A DNA stretch of 64,000 nt from an uncultured Clostridia bacterium (GTDB lineage Bacteria; Bacillota; Clostridia; Christensenellales; Borkfalkiaceae), in NCBI GenBank assembly GCA_944368795.1, contig CALVXE010000001.1, positions 2,465 through 66,464 on the forward strand, in the 5' to 3' direction. Of this stretch, positions 9,991 through 20,168 are shown one piece after another; within the stretch, counting starts at the first letter, position 1; every line of letters begins with the position of its first letter. A program made the translations under genes and the position numbers. A model generated the notes under the pieces. The model made no database searches and was not told the origin of the DNA. It saw only the letters and a program-made list of their open reading frames with translations.

Positions 9991-10911
9991 TCAGTTCCTT
10001 TCCAAAATCAGTTTTTCGCCTTCGACGCGCATCGGACAGATGCGGGCCGTACGCGAATCGTAAGGCAGATCTTTATCCCCAATATCGCGCGCGTGGTAGA
10101 CCACGTAATACTTGCCGTTTTCTTTGATCACGCTGTTGTGCCCCGTGCCCTCTTCGACATCGTTTTTGCGCAGGATCGGCGCATATACGGAATCGGAAGG
10201 GTATTTGCGGAACGGCACTTTGCGGAGATCTTTCTCCTCGCTTTCGGCATAGGCATAGCCGACGAAATAGTATTCGTTCTGGTAGCAGTTGCCCGAATAC
10301 ATCACGTAGTGCCGGTTGCCCTCGTTAAAATAGAAGGCGCCCTCGATGGTATGCCAATTCTGACCCTTTTTGAAGCGGTCGCGCATGAAGATCTCTTCGT
10401 CGAGGGTGGGACGGACGACCGCCACAGGCCTTCCTTCCGCCGTGAACATATCGACCAGCTTATCGACCACGATGTAAGTACCGGCCCTGTCGGAATCGTA
10501 ATCGTTGACCGAATAGAAGATATAATATCCGCTCTCGTTCTGCACGACGTGCGGATCGATGGAAAAGGCATCGAGCATGGTCTTCTTATACTCGAACGGG
10601 CCTTTCGGGGAAGCAGAGACAGCGACCTTGACCGCCTGCATGTGCGCATCGTCGCACTTTTCGTCGAAAGAGGAATAATACATATAGTACGTTCCGTCCT
10701 TTTCGATCACACAGGGGGCCCAATACTCGTGCATGCCCGCTTCGTGCAGGCAAATGCCGACATACTTCCAATCCTTGAACAAATCGTCCGATTCGTAGAG
10801 CTCGACTCCCTGCGACCCCGTCGCATATATGTAGTACCTGCCTTCCGCTTTGAGTATGTAGGGATCGGGCTGCGATTTCGGTTCGCCCGCCTTGGGGAAA
10901 ATGATTTTCAT
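9991..10911 (-). CDS. Cytoplasmic GH43 glycoside hydrolase
   Basis: The likely start is ATG 10911 (GGAG RBS). QPDPY, YWAP, SIDP, IEGA and GTGHNS five-bladed propeller motifs, with no signal peptide. Confidence 0.88.
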   Translation of the reverse strand: MKIIFPKAGEPKSQPDPYILKAEGRYYIYATGSQGVELYESDDLFKDWKYVGICLHEAGMHEYWAPCVIEKDGTYYMYYSSFDEKCDDAHMQAVKVAVSASPKGPFEYKKTMLDAFSIDPHVVQNESGYYIFYSVNDYDSDRAGTYIVVDKLVDMFTAEGRPVAVVRPTLDEEIFMRDRFKKGQNWHTIEGAFYFNEGNRHYVMYSGNCYQNEYYFVGYAYAESEEKDLRKVPFRKYPSDSVYAPILRKNDVEEGTGHNSVIKENGKYYVVYHARDIGDKDLPYDSRTARICPMRVEGEKLILERN

Positions 10912-10982
10912 AATATTCTCCGAACTATGCGGAAATTTCCGCCTGTATTGAAAAAATTGCAATCTGTTTGTGAATACTTGCA

Positions 10983-11014
10983 AGGGCGCGCCGCGCGACT
11001 GCGCGGCGCGCCCT
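10983..11014. terminator. Perfect 14-bp GC hairpin between the multi-module lipoprotein gene and the cytoplasmic GH43 gene
   Basis: AGGGCGCGCCGCGC-GACT-GCGCGGCGCGCCCT, lacking a U-tract in the transcribed (minus) direction. Confidence 0.55.
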
Positions 11015-11062
11015 GTTTCAGCGTATTGGCCTTATAGGCCTTTTATAGTGCCATTTCGGCTA

Positions 11063-14000
11063 TTATTTTGTGTAAATACCGGTTGTGGTTACGACGGCCT
11101 TGTTATCATCGCTCGGCCACAAGCCCTTGGGGACCCAATACGAATCTGCCTTTCCATCGTTGGCCGAGCCGTTATTGCAGGAATCATTATTTGTTTTCCA
11201 GGCAACGCCAACGCGGACAGTACCTTCTTGTACGCCGGAAAGATTTGCCGCAGGAATGAAAACTTCGATAATCGTATGGTAGCTGCCGTCCGAGCCGGTC
11301 GTTACCGATTCCTGTTGTATAAAAGCCGCCCCCGGCGTTGCAGCAAATTCGTCTGCGCCCGTAGCATACACATAATACTGTTTCTGCTCGCCGCCCATAC
11401 CGATAAAAAACTCGAAGTTGGTGTTTAAATGCCACTCCGCCTGATCCGTTACGTGCAGAGAATAATGCGCATCGACGGCGAGATACAAACCTTTGTCGGT
11501 CATAACGCCGTAGAACGTTGCGCTCTTGCCCTCATATTCATCGGTACCGACGATGCTGAGGGTGCTTACGCCCTCCCAATCGGAAAGAGCACCATCCAGC
11601 GTGATATCCGCATCGACCGTTTTGCCGTAATCCGACCAGCGGTAGATGCCCGTCGAATCGACATAGCTCATATGATCGTTGTTTTGATGCGTACCCTGCG
11701 GCAGCCAGTATTCGCTGGTGCCCGAAAGGTCTGCACTGTTGTTGATCTGATCGCCGACCGTTTTCCATGCGATGCCTACGCGGGCGACGTCATCTACCCC
11801 GGTAAGATACGACGCGGGAACAAACGCTTCTACGATCGTATGATATGCGTTTTCCGTTCCCGTCGTTTTGGAACCATAGTAGACGTAATCATGCGAAGCT
11901 TTGAATTCATCTGCGCCCGTCGCGTATACATAGTACTGTACCTGCGAGGTACCCGTGCCGACGAAAAATTCGAAGTTGGTGTTCTCATACCAGTTTGCCG
12001 CACCCGTTTTATGGAGACCATAGTGCACGTCTACCGCAACGTAGAGGCCTTTGCCTTCGACCATTTCTCCATAAAACTCCGCGCTCTTACCGTCAAAATC
12101 ACCGCTGCCGACAACGCTGAGAGTGTGTACCCCCCCCCAGTCGGAGAGGTCGCCGTCCAGCTTCTTTGACGTAGGTTCGACCGGTTCTTCCTTTGCCTGA
12201 ATGCCGTTTGCCGCCACAGTGTACTGATACGTGTTCGGCTTGCCGCCGAAGTACCACCAGTTGTTACCGTTCATCGTTTCGCCGTTTTCAAGGTCGATCT
12301 GCATATTATCGTCCGTTTTGAAAGCGAAGCCTACATCTACGGAAGAGATCTCCGAAGCCTCTACGCCCAATTCTTTAGCAAGATTTTCAATCGGGATAAA
12401 AATCTCGGCATACGTTTGGAATCTGTACGACTGGCCTTCGACTTCCGTCGTCGTCATTACCGCGTCCATATAGCCGCCCGTGCCGTATCCCGTGAGCATA
12501 TACTGATGGCTGCCAACAAAAAATTCCACATTGACGTTGCGGAACCAGCCGCCCGCGCCGTTATCTTCGTCCCAAGAAGCCTGCGCTGTATTTACCTGAT
12601 GTTTTACATCGTAAGCGATATACAGGCCGTCTTCGCCGAGGAACGCGCGCACTTTCCAAGTATTGCCGTTGCTCGTTTCGTTATAAGAATCCGTCGCTTC
12701 GAGATAGTTGCCTTCCTCGGAGGCAGCAAGATTTGCCCAATCCGACAGGTCACCGTCTATCGCCACTTCCGTCGGCAAAAATCCTTCTGCCAAAGTCTCT
12801 ACTACATCCGCTTCCGTAATCAAATCGATATCCGTGAATGCAAGCGCAGTATTAAAGGTCATAAACCCGGGAATTGCTCCGTCGTCATTCCCCTTGTAAT
12901 CGTGCTGGGCATATACCAATACGTCATCCAACAACATATACAACGTATCGTTTACATATACTAACTGCATTTCGATATCGTTGTAACTGTTGCCTTCACG
13001 GATATACGTATCGCCCCAATGTCCGTCCATTGAGTGGGATGAACTCGTTGCCCAGCCCCACTGCGTACCGTTATTCGTGCCCTGTTCCGCAATTACTTTG
13101 CCGAACTTATTGCCCGTTCCGCCGGCCGCATCGACATAGAACGCTACAAGCGATTCTTCCGACTTACTGACAAGGCCGAACTTCGGAAATCCGTCGCCGG
13201 CAAGCCCGGCTTGTACAACATGCAACGTTGCTTTCAGACTGAACGCATCGAGCGCATCATAACCGAAATAATAGAACTCCTGTCCCGTCCCCGTCTGTGT
13301 AACGGTATAGGAAGTTTCATAATTGCTATCGTCATACCCGCTGGTATACGTCGTCATGCCGCTGTCGTCAACGACATACCATGTCGCCGGCTCGGACAGG
13401 TTACAGCCGAGCATCATCGTCCATGTTGCGCGAGGACCCGATGTATACGACGGCTTCGTATTGAACGAAGGCGCACACACTACCGATTCCGGCTTGCCGT
13501 CCAAATTCAAAGAAGAATACGGCAGATACAATTCCATCGAATACCCTTGGCAGGTGTTCGAGTTCAGCTCTCCGTTGATCTTTACCTTTCCTGTACTGGG
13601 CAGGTATTTGCGCGTATAATTGTACGCCTTATCCTGCGCCTTAAAGCCGACCCACTGTTCCGCATAACCGTTTGCGCCTAAGCGAAGCTGAACGACATTC
13701 GCATCCAAACGCGCAGTATCGCGCGGCGCCACCTGAATCTCAACGCTCGTGTTATTGAATACGTCCGTATCTTCATGATAGAACACGTTCCGATCGTTGG
13801 ATACAAAGCCAAAGAATACGCCCTCGTCTCCCAAATGCGCATACACCTTCATGTTTACGCCGTTGATGTCTGTAAAGCTCAAATATCCTTCGCCGTATTC
13901 GGATGCAGCGACTTCACCGTCCAGCGTCATGTCTGTATCGGGGAAGTCTACTTCCGTCCAATCGTCTTCGCCCGCATCGACGGGATTATAATCGTACGTT

Positions 14001-14107
14001 TCAAATTTGAAATCGCTGTTCGTGTTCCCGCACGCAACGATAAACATGGCCAATGCGGCAAACATGAGGACGCTGAGGCAAATTAACAAATATTTCTTTG
14101 CTTTCAT
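11063..14107 (-). CDS. Large lipoprotein with four CBM9/DOMON-like modules and one ConA-like module
   Basis: Lipobox IVAC and four LDG.(L)SDW-type repeats (one divergent at the N-terminus, three at the C-terminus) plus a PKFGL-containing beta-sandwich. Confidence 0.8.
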   Translation of the reverse strand: MKAKKYLLICLSVLMFAALAMFIVACGNTNSDFKFETYDYNPVDAGEDDWTEVDFPDTDMTLDGEVAASEYGEGYLSFTDINGVNMKVYAHLGDEGVFFGFVSNDRNVFYHEDTDVFNNTSVEIQVAPRDTARLDANVVQLRLGANGYAEQWVGFKAQDKAYNYTRKYLPSTGKVKINGELNSNTCQGYSMELYLPYSSLNLDGKPESVVCAPSFNTKPSYTSGPRATWTMMLGCNLSEPATWYVVDDSGMTTYTSGYDDSNYETSYTVTQTGTGQEFYYFGYDALDAFSLKATLHVVQAGLAGDGFPKFGLVSKSEESLVAFYVDAAGGTGNKFGKVIAEQGTNNGTQWGWATSSSHSMDGHWGDTYIREGNSYNDIEMQLVYVNDTLYMLLDDVLVYAQHDYKGNDDGAIPGFMTFNTALAFTDIDLITEADVVETLAEGFLPTEVAIDGDLSDWANLAASEEGNYLEATDSYNETSNGNTWKVRAFLGEDGLYIAYDVKHQVNTAQASWDEDNGAGGWFRNVNVEFFVGSHQYMLTGYGTGGYMDAVMTTTEVEGQSYRFQTYAEIFIPIENLAKELGVEASEISSVDVGFAFKTDDNMQIDLENGETMNGNNWWYFGGKPNTYQYTVAANGIQAKEEPVEPTSKKLDGDLSDWGGVHTLSVVGSGDFDGKSAEFYGEMVEGKGLYVAVDVHYGLHKTGAANWYENTNFEFFVGTGTSQVQYYVYATGADEFKASHDYVYYGSKTTGTENAYHTIVEAFVPASYLTGVDDVARVGIAWKTVGDQINNSADLSGTSEYWLPQGTHQNNDHMSYVDSTGIYRWSDYGKTVDADITLDGALSDWEGVSTLSIVGTDEYEGKSATFYGVMTDKGLYLAVDAHYSLHVTDQAEWHLNTNFEFFIGMGGEQKQYYVYATGADEFAATPGAAFIQQESVTTGSDGSYHTIIEVFIPAANLSGVQEGTVRVGVAWKTNNDSCNNGSANDGKADSYWVPKGLWPSDDNKAVVTTTGIYTK

Positions 14108-14121
14108 TGTTGTTCTCCTCC

Positions 14122-16023
14122 TTATTTACCCAATACCATGATTTCCGACAGCGCAAGCGTTTGGCCGGCGCTCGGTATCGTGATTTTGATCTCTTTGACC
14201 ATGAGCGGCGCAAACTCTATCGCAAAGCTGCCGCCCGGGATATATTCGCCGTAATCATAATATTTATCCCAATAGAAATCCAGCGTTCCGGTGTATGCGG
14301 TGCCTTCGACGTTCGCTTCTTCGTCTTTGAACGTAAATTCTACCGACGAGATGCGGCTTACCGTCTGGTCGTAATTGTACGCATTGAAAATGAACAAGCC
14401 GCGGACTTCTCTGTAATCTTCGAAGGTGAGCGTGATTTCCGTCGCTCCCGGATTCATTTCGTAATCGTATACAAAGCCGTCGTCGTGGAATTTCACGATT
14501 CCGTCATTGAGATAATTTACGCTGTTCCCTTCCAGCACATTGTTCGACGATACCGTCGCTTCGGTAGCGATGTTCGACCATTCGCCCGCTGTCTGCGGCA
14601 TGTACGCATAGCTGCCGCCGTTGACGTACGGAACCAATAAATCGTCGTTATTCATCGTCCAGAGGAACTCATCGAACCCGATCGCACGCGACGAGTTACC
14701 CGTCGTGCGGTTTGTGTGTGCATGGTACACTATAAACGATTTCCCGTTCGCCGTTACCACACTGTGGTGCCCCGTACCGGACATCCACGAACAAGAAGGA
14801 TCGGCATACAACAGCCAGCCGCCTTCCGCACGGGTAAGCTTCGTGAATTTTCCGTCCGGAGAATCACCCACGGCAACGCGTACAGAATACGTTTTATCCC
14901 AATAGCTGTTCGCCGAATACATCAAATAATACTTGCCGTTCTCTTCGTTATACACCATGAAAGGTGCTTCGTTCACCCTGCCTTCGTTCAACGCCGCATT
15001 CGCTACACCGACTCCTACGTTCTTGCGATTACATTCCGTAAGAAGCCTGACATTTTTGTAATAAAAATTGCCATCTGCATCCTTTTCAAGAGCGGGACGC
15101 CACTGATCGTCCATTTCTATTACGCCGATCGCGGAATCGTTGTGTCCGTTATCGCCGTTCAAATCGCGCGTGAAATACAGGTATTTCGTGCCCGAAACGG
15201 GATCGATGAACGGGCTGGCGTCGATGACCTTCATGTAGCCGCCGTTGGGCTCTTTCTCCAAATAATCGCTGTCCGTTTCGCCCGCTTTCTGCTCGCGCAT
15301 GTACGTGAAATCCAACAGCGCGGGATATACGTACAGCTTGTTATCTTCCAGCCCCGCAGTGTCCGCTGCCTCGTTATCCGCATACGGCTCCAATTCCTTA
15401 CGCCAAAATTCCTCAACTTCCCGCTCTTCCGCCGTAGCATCCGCAGGGATATCTACCGTCATGATGTACTCAGCATACTGCACGAACGGGCCCTGCGGGT
15501 CTTCGCTTACTGCACAGTCCATATAGAAATTAAGGCCTTTGAAAAGATACGCCGCGTTGTAGAACAGCATGTACAGGCCCAAATCTTCATCGTAAATCAC
15601 CTCGGGAGCCCAAAAGCTCGACGTGGCAAACGACGAATACGTGATGTCCGCCTCCTGATCGTAATACAGCGTGGGATTGTACGCCACACCCATGCATTCC
15701 CAATCGTTCAGGTTTTTGCTGCGGAAGCACTGGTAACCGCTCGCGCCGATCTGATCGCTCGTCAGATACATGTAGTAGTATCCCGCCTGATCCCCTTCCG
15801 TAACATAGATTACCGAAGGGTCGGCGCCCAGCGTTTCCAAGTCGTTCTGATATACCGTTTCATGGTTATATTCACGCTCTTCTTCACCTTCCGCCGGTGC
15901 GTTGTATTCGTAGTATTCGAGAGGTACGTTCACGCTCGCCGCTCCGCCCCGTGAACATGCCACCGATGCCCCGACGCCGAAAACCATTACGGCCCCGACG
16001 AACAGCGCCAACAATTTCTTCAT
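14122..16023 (-). CDS. GH43 glycoside hydrolase lipoprotein
   Basis: Lipobox SVAC, then GADP, WAPEV, IDASPF, NEAP and GTGHH motifs and a C-terminal F5/8-like module. Confidence 0.88.
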   Translation of the reverse strand: MKKLLALFVGAVMVFGVGASVACSRGGAASVNVPLEYYEYNAPAEGEEEREYNHETVYQNDLETLGADPSVIYVTEGDQAGYYYMYLTSDQIGASGYQCFRSKNLNDWECMGVAYNPTLYYDQEADITYSSFATSSFWAPEVIYDEDLGLYMLFYNAAYLFKGLNFYMDCAVSEDPQGPFVQYAEYIMTVDIPADATAEEREVEEFWRKELEPYADNEAADTAGLEDNKLYVYPALLDFTYMREQKAGETDSDYLEKEPNGGYMKVIDASPFIDPVSGTKYLYFTRDLNGDNGHNDSAIGVIEMDDQWRPALEKDADGNFYYKNVRLLTECNRKNVGVGVANAALNEGRVNEAPFMVYNEENGKYYLMYSANSYWDKTYSVRVAVGDSPDGKFTKLTRAEGGWLLYADPSCSWMSGTGHHSVVTANGKSFIVYHAHTNRTTGNSSRAIGFDEFLWTMNNDDLLVPYVNGGSYAYMPQTAGEWSNIATEATVSSNNVLEGNSVNYLNDGIVKFHDDGFVYDYEMNPGATEITLTFEDYREVRGLFIFNAYNYDQTVSRISSVEFTFKDEEANVEGTAYTGTLDFYWDKYYDYGEYIPGGSFAIEFAPLMVKEIKITIPSAGQTLALSEIMVLGK

Positions 16024-16051
16024 AGAATCCTCCTTGGATAATTTAACCGGA

Positions 16052-17020
16052 TTATTTCAAACCGGAAGACGCGATACCTTCGATGAAGTATTTCTGCGCC
16101 ACGATATAGATGATAATTGTAGGCAGAAGCGCAACCAACGTACCCGCCATGATTGCATGCCATTGGGCATTGTACTGCGATACGAACGTAGTAAGCGCGA
16201 TCTGCAAGGTCTGCAGAGGAGGCTGTGTGAGATACAGCAAAGGTCCGAAATAGTCGTTGTAGCCCCCTACAAAACCGAGAACGCCCTGCGCAATGAGCGC
16301 GGGTTTGGACAGCGGGACCATGATCCAGAAGAAAATACCCACGTATCCGAGGCCGTCGAGTTTGGCAGCCTCGAGCGTTTCGGTAGGAATGCCCGAGAAG
16401 AACTGGCGGAGATAGAATACGCACGCCGCCGCACCGAACATACCGGGAATCATGAGCGGCAGAGGCGTACCGCGCCAGCCGATCAAATCATAGATGGTGA
16501 ACGCGGGAACCATCGTTACCATGCCCGGTACCATCATTGTGGCTAATAAGATGCCGAATAATACATTTTTGCCGCGGAATTGTAACTTCGCAAACGCATA
16601 TGCCGCCAAAGCCGAAGTAAACAGACCCAATAAAGTAGGCGGGATAATGATCCACAGCGTGTTCAAAAAGCCCGTCATAATCGCCGTATAGGCGTTCGCG
16701 ATCGGCTTTTGAAAAATCATCTTATAACCGTCTACAGAAAAGCCCTGTGTGGGCCACCAGGTAAAGTTCGGGCTGTTCGCCTCTTCCCAGTGTTTAAAAC
16801 TCGTTACGATAACGATATAGAACGGAACGAGTATCCACAAAAGGAAGAGAATGAGAATAAAGTACATGATCACCTTTTTGGCAATATTCACTTTATTCGC
16901 GCTCATTTTCCGAATTTTGCGAGGCTCTTCGGGCGTTTCCGCAACAAGCTGCGCAGACGCTTCGGATTCAATGAATTCCACGTCTTCGTTTTCCATTAAA
17001 ATATTTTCGTTACTCATCAT
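16052..17020 (-). CDS. Carbohydrate ABC transporter permease (MalG-like)
   Basis: Multiple TM helices, EAAKLDG loop and QKYFIEGIASSGLK C-terminus. Confidence 0.93.
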   Translation of the reverse strand: MMSNENILMENEDVEFIESEASAQLVAETPEEPRKIRKMSANKVNIAKKVIMYFILILFLLWILVPFYIVIVTSFKHWEEANSPNFTWWPTQGFSVDGYKMIFQKPIANAYTAIMTGFLNTLWIIIPPTLLGLFTSALAAYAFAKLQFRGKNVLFGILLATMMVPGMVTMVPAFTIYDLIGWRGTPLPLMIPGMFGAAACVFYLRQFFSGIPTETLEAAKLDGLGYVGIFFWIMVPLSKPALIAQGVLGFVGGYNDYFGPLLYLTQPPLQTLQIALTTFVSQYNAQWHAIMAGTLVALLPTIIIYIVAQKYFIEGIASSGLK

Positions 17021-18011
17021 AGCTCACCCACTTTTTCGAACCCCAGAAGTTAAACGCCACGACTACCGAAATAAACAGCGCGAGCACCCAACCCACCGCG
17101 GTTGCGACGCCGATATCCGAACCGCCGTTCGCCTGGAACAATTCGCGGTACAGGTAGAACACGATGGTCAAACCGGAATACCCCGGCCCGCCGTTGCTGG
17201 CCATGACCTGGAACTGCGTAAACGTTTGCAGCGAGCCGATCAGGCCGGTAACCAACAGGTAAAAAGTCGTCGGAGAAATGGCGGGAAGCGTGATACGGAA
17301 AAATTTCGTAAACATGCCCGCGCCGTCGATATCCGCCGCTTCGTAGCAGTTTTTATTGACGTTCGTCATCGCGGCGGAGAGCAAAATAATGTTAAAGCCC
17401 GTGCCGCCCCAAATGAGGATGACGTACATGACGGGCATGAACGTTTTTTCATCGCCCAGCCAGTTGATATTTTCTTTGATCAGCCCCATATTGCGCAAAA
17501 GCGCGTTGAGCACGCCGAAGTTGTAGTTGAAGATCCACTGCCACATGAACGTGATAGCGACCATCGAGCAGACATACGGGATAAAATAGACCGTTTGGAA
17601 CAGTTTTTTACCCTTGCCGCAGTTGGAAAGCAGCGTGCTGATGAGGATCGAAACCGCCAACGCTATGAGCGTAGCCCCGATGACGATAAGCGTGTTGACC
17701 ACCGACTTCCAGAATAAGTCGTCGGTAAAAATTTCGACAAAGTTATCGAAGCCGACGAATTCCGCAGTGTTCAGCCGAAGGCCGCGGAATTGATGGAAAC
17801 ATATGTAGATGGAGAAAACGAGCGGAATCACGCCGAAAATCAGAAAACCGATGATCGGGATACAGCTCATCCCCCAGCCGATCAGCTCTTCTTTATTGGT
17901 TTTCCATTTTTTGCGGGCGCGCTGAGGTGCGCGCCCGCTGTTTAATTCTTCTAATACTTCCTCACCGTCGGAAACGGTGGTCAAGTCTTCCATTTCTTCC
18001 ATATCCCCCAA
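17010..18011 (-). CDS. Carbohydrate ABC transporter permease (MalF-like)
   Basis: FVGFDNF, YEAADIDGA and ITLP motifs. The start may be ATG 18002. Confidence 0.93.
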   Translation of the reverse strand: MGDMEEMEDLTTVSDGEEVLEELNSGRAPQRARKKWKTNKEELIGWGMSCIPIIGFLIFGVIPLVFSIYICFHQFRGLRLNTAEFVGFDNFVEIFTDDLFWKSVVNTLIVIGATLIALAVSILISTLLSNCGKGKKLFQTVYFIPYVCSMVAITFMWQWIFNYNFGVLNALLRNMGLIKENINWLGDEKTFMPVMYVILIWGGTGFNIILLSAAMTNVNKNCYEAADIDGAGMFTKFFRITLPAISPTTFYLLVTGLIGSLQTFTQFQVMASNGGPGYSGLTIVFYLYRELFQANGGSDIGVATAVGWVLALFISVVVAFNFWGSKKWVSYDE

Positions 18012-18016
18012 ACTCC

Positions 18017-19909
18017 TTAGGCTATCTTGTTGGGTTTATAAGCCGTATAAGCGTACAGTTCGTTCTGCGTTTTCGTGGCGTTGTTTGCCCACAACTCATC
18101 CAAAGTCATCTTGCCTTCGCGGACTTTTAAGTTCAGATCGTTCGCCCAGTCGGTGATCCAGTCGCCGTTCGGCAGATACCACCAGTCGCCCGGCGTTTCC
18201 ACGGCCGCAGCTTCCACGAACACGATCGAGTTCTTCGGATCCTGATCGCTCTGCAGGAACACGTCCGAATTCGCAAGCGCGATCTGGTTGGGAATGCAGA
18301 AGCCCGCCTGTGCCTGCGACGTCTGGCCCGCTTCGCCCGCCACATAGCGCAGGAACATCCAAGACGCGGCTTTTTTATTGCTGCCCGCCGCAATCGCAAG
18401 GCCTACCGAGCCGCTGTGCCCCGCGGGTATGCCGTGCACCGTTACTTTCGCTTCGCCGTTAAAGTTATCGTTTTTATCGTATTCCTTGTATACCGGCAGA
18501 GGAGCTACATCCCAAGATCCTTTTGCCATATTCGAAGTGCGCAGGAACGTCGTTTCCCAGCGGCCGTCCACGAACATTCCGATGTTGCCCGCCGCAAACA
18601 AGTCTTCCGCCTGCTGCGTGCCCAGCGACTCCGCGCCCATCGACACTTTGCCCGCGCCCTTCTTATCCGTTACTCCATCCGCCATTTTACCGACAACATC
18701 GTTCTGCGCTACCGTCAAGGAGCAGAATTCCAGGAACGCGTCGTACTGCGAAGGAAGCACGTTCAGCTGACCACTCCTTGCCGCACTCTTGATGTCGTCG
18801 CGGATCTGCGCGTCCACCGCTTCCCCTGTATCTACATTCGCATTGGATACATTCTCAAATGTTCCGTCTTTAAATTTATCCTGATACGAGATGATCTCGC
18901 CCGGCTGATACGTGTGCCCGTTCACCTTGAAGGGCTGCGCGTCGTCCGCTACGATGTAGTTCGGCGTCTTGTCGTTCAGCGTAAAGTCATAGTAACCGTC
19001 GCCGTCGCTGTCCGTTACGTATTCAACGCAGTCGCCGCCGACCGTCCAGCCGTACGAGAACCACCATTCCGTAAAGAACCCGTGCATGCTCGCTCCGTTT
19101 GCAGGCGTGATCTCTTCCTGCATCAAACGCGCCAACGTCGTCGTTTCGTCCCAGCTCATCGCGATGCGGTTGTTAAAATACCAGTCATCGCCCAAGCGGA
19201 AGTAGCCGCGTTCGCCGACCGTTCCCGTGATGCCGTGCTGGTCTTTCGTCTGGCCGGTGCCGTCGACATATGTCCCGGCATTGAATTCCTCCAATTTATC
19301 TTCCGGAACGCTGATGATCTCGATGCCGAGCTTCTCCATGTAATCTACATTGTAATAGATGACCGTGGGGCCGATATCCTTCGGCAGAGCCCACAGCGCC
19401 GCGTCGTCGGTTACCGTTGCGCTGTCTACGTCATAGCGGTAACGCTGAATGCCCTGCTCCCAGATCTTTCCTTCGGCGAGGAAATCCTCTTCCAGACCCT
19501 GATACTTCGTTTCACCGTCCAGCTGTTCCAGATAATCCGCGGCAGCCCACGCTTTCACAAGCGCGTCTTCCACGTACACGACGTCCGGCGTCTTCGAGCT
19601 CGAAAGAGCCATCGACGCGTTCGAAGAATAGCTGCTCGACGACTGCGACACATAGTTGACCGTTATCTTATTTTCTTTACCGATCGTATCGTTGAACGTG
19701 TTGACGATATCGCCGAACACGCGAACTTCCGCTTCGTCGCCATAGCCCCAGAATTCGACTTTCGTTCCGCTTTCGGAAGGTCTGTAGTTACCGTCTTCGT
19801 CAAATCCGCCGTCGTTTCCGCCGCCGCCGCACGCGGCAAGAGCGGACGCGCACGTAGCCGTCATTACGCCGGCCATTGCAAGTACCATAAGCTTCTTAAA
19901 TACTTTCAT
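18017..19909 (-). CDS. Carbohydrate ABC transporter solute-binding lipoprotein
   Basis: The likely start is ATG 19909 (GGAGG 6 nt upstream). LAAC lipobox. Close paralog of 1998..4391 without the X2 domains. Confidence 0.9.
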   Translation of the reverse strand: MKVFKKLMVLAMAGVMTATCASALAACGGGGNDGGFDEDGNYRPSESGTKVEFWGYGDEAEVRVFGDIVNTFNDTIGKENKITVNYVSQSSSSYSSNASMALSSSKTPDVVYVEDALVKAWAAADYLEQLDGETKYQGLEEDFLAEGKIWEQGIQRYRYDVDSATVTDDAALWALPKDIGPTVIYYNVDYMEKLGIEIISVPEDKLEEFNAGTYVDGTGQTKDQHGITGTVGERGYFRLGDDWYFNNRIAMSWDETTTLARLMQEEITPANGASMHGFFTEWWFSYGWTVGGDCVEYVTDSDGDGYYDFTLNDKTPNYIVADDAQPFKVNGHTYQPGEIISYQDKFKDGTFENVSNANVDTGEAVDAQIRDDIKSAARSGQLNVLPSQYDAFLEFCSLTVAQNDVVGKMADGVTDKKGAGKVSMGAESLGTQQAEDLFAAGNIGMFVDGRWETTFLRTSNMAKGSWDVAPLPVYKEYDKNDNFNGEAKVTVHGIPAGHSGSVGLAIAAGSNKKAASWMFLRYVAGEAGQTSQAQAGFCIPNQIALANSDVFLQSDQDPKNSIVFVEAAAVETPGDWWYLPNGDWITDWANDLNLKVREGKMTLDELWANNATKTQNELYAYTAYKPNKIA

Positions 19910-19994
19910 CTTCATCCTCCTTTTGATGACAGATTTATTGCGTACGCCGCCCGGATCATAAACCACGCCGACCGATATCTGTTACAGCATATTA

Positions 19995-20051
19995 ACATTA
20001 TCGTTAACGTAAGATTATTTAAAGGATATACGCTCCTTTTTGATCAGGCAA
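19995..20051 (-). promoter_or_regulatory. Putative promoter (TTGCCT-17-TATCCT) and LacI-type operator of the ABC/GH43 operon
   Basis: Operator-like ACATTATCGTTAACGT at 19995-20010. On the minus strand the -10 is at 20023-20028 and the -35 at 20046-20051. Confidence 0.6.
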
Positions 20052-20168
20052 ACGCCTTTTACCATATGTGATTGAATGCGGGGCCGCTTTGCCAAAGGCA
20101 AAACGAACGCCTTTCCATAATAAAATCCGCTATTTCGGCGATTTTTATTCTTATTCAAGTTCTGCGCT

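Noticed and set aside
11063-12780. Repeated similar DNA segments that could be DGR template and variable repeats
   Set aside because: No reverse transcriptase in the window, and the differences are not confined to adenines. They are ordinary domain duplications.
16052-19909. ABC transporter lacking an ATPase gene
   Set aside because: Normal for Firmicute sugar ABC systems that share an MsmK/MsmX-type ATPase.
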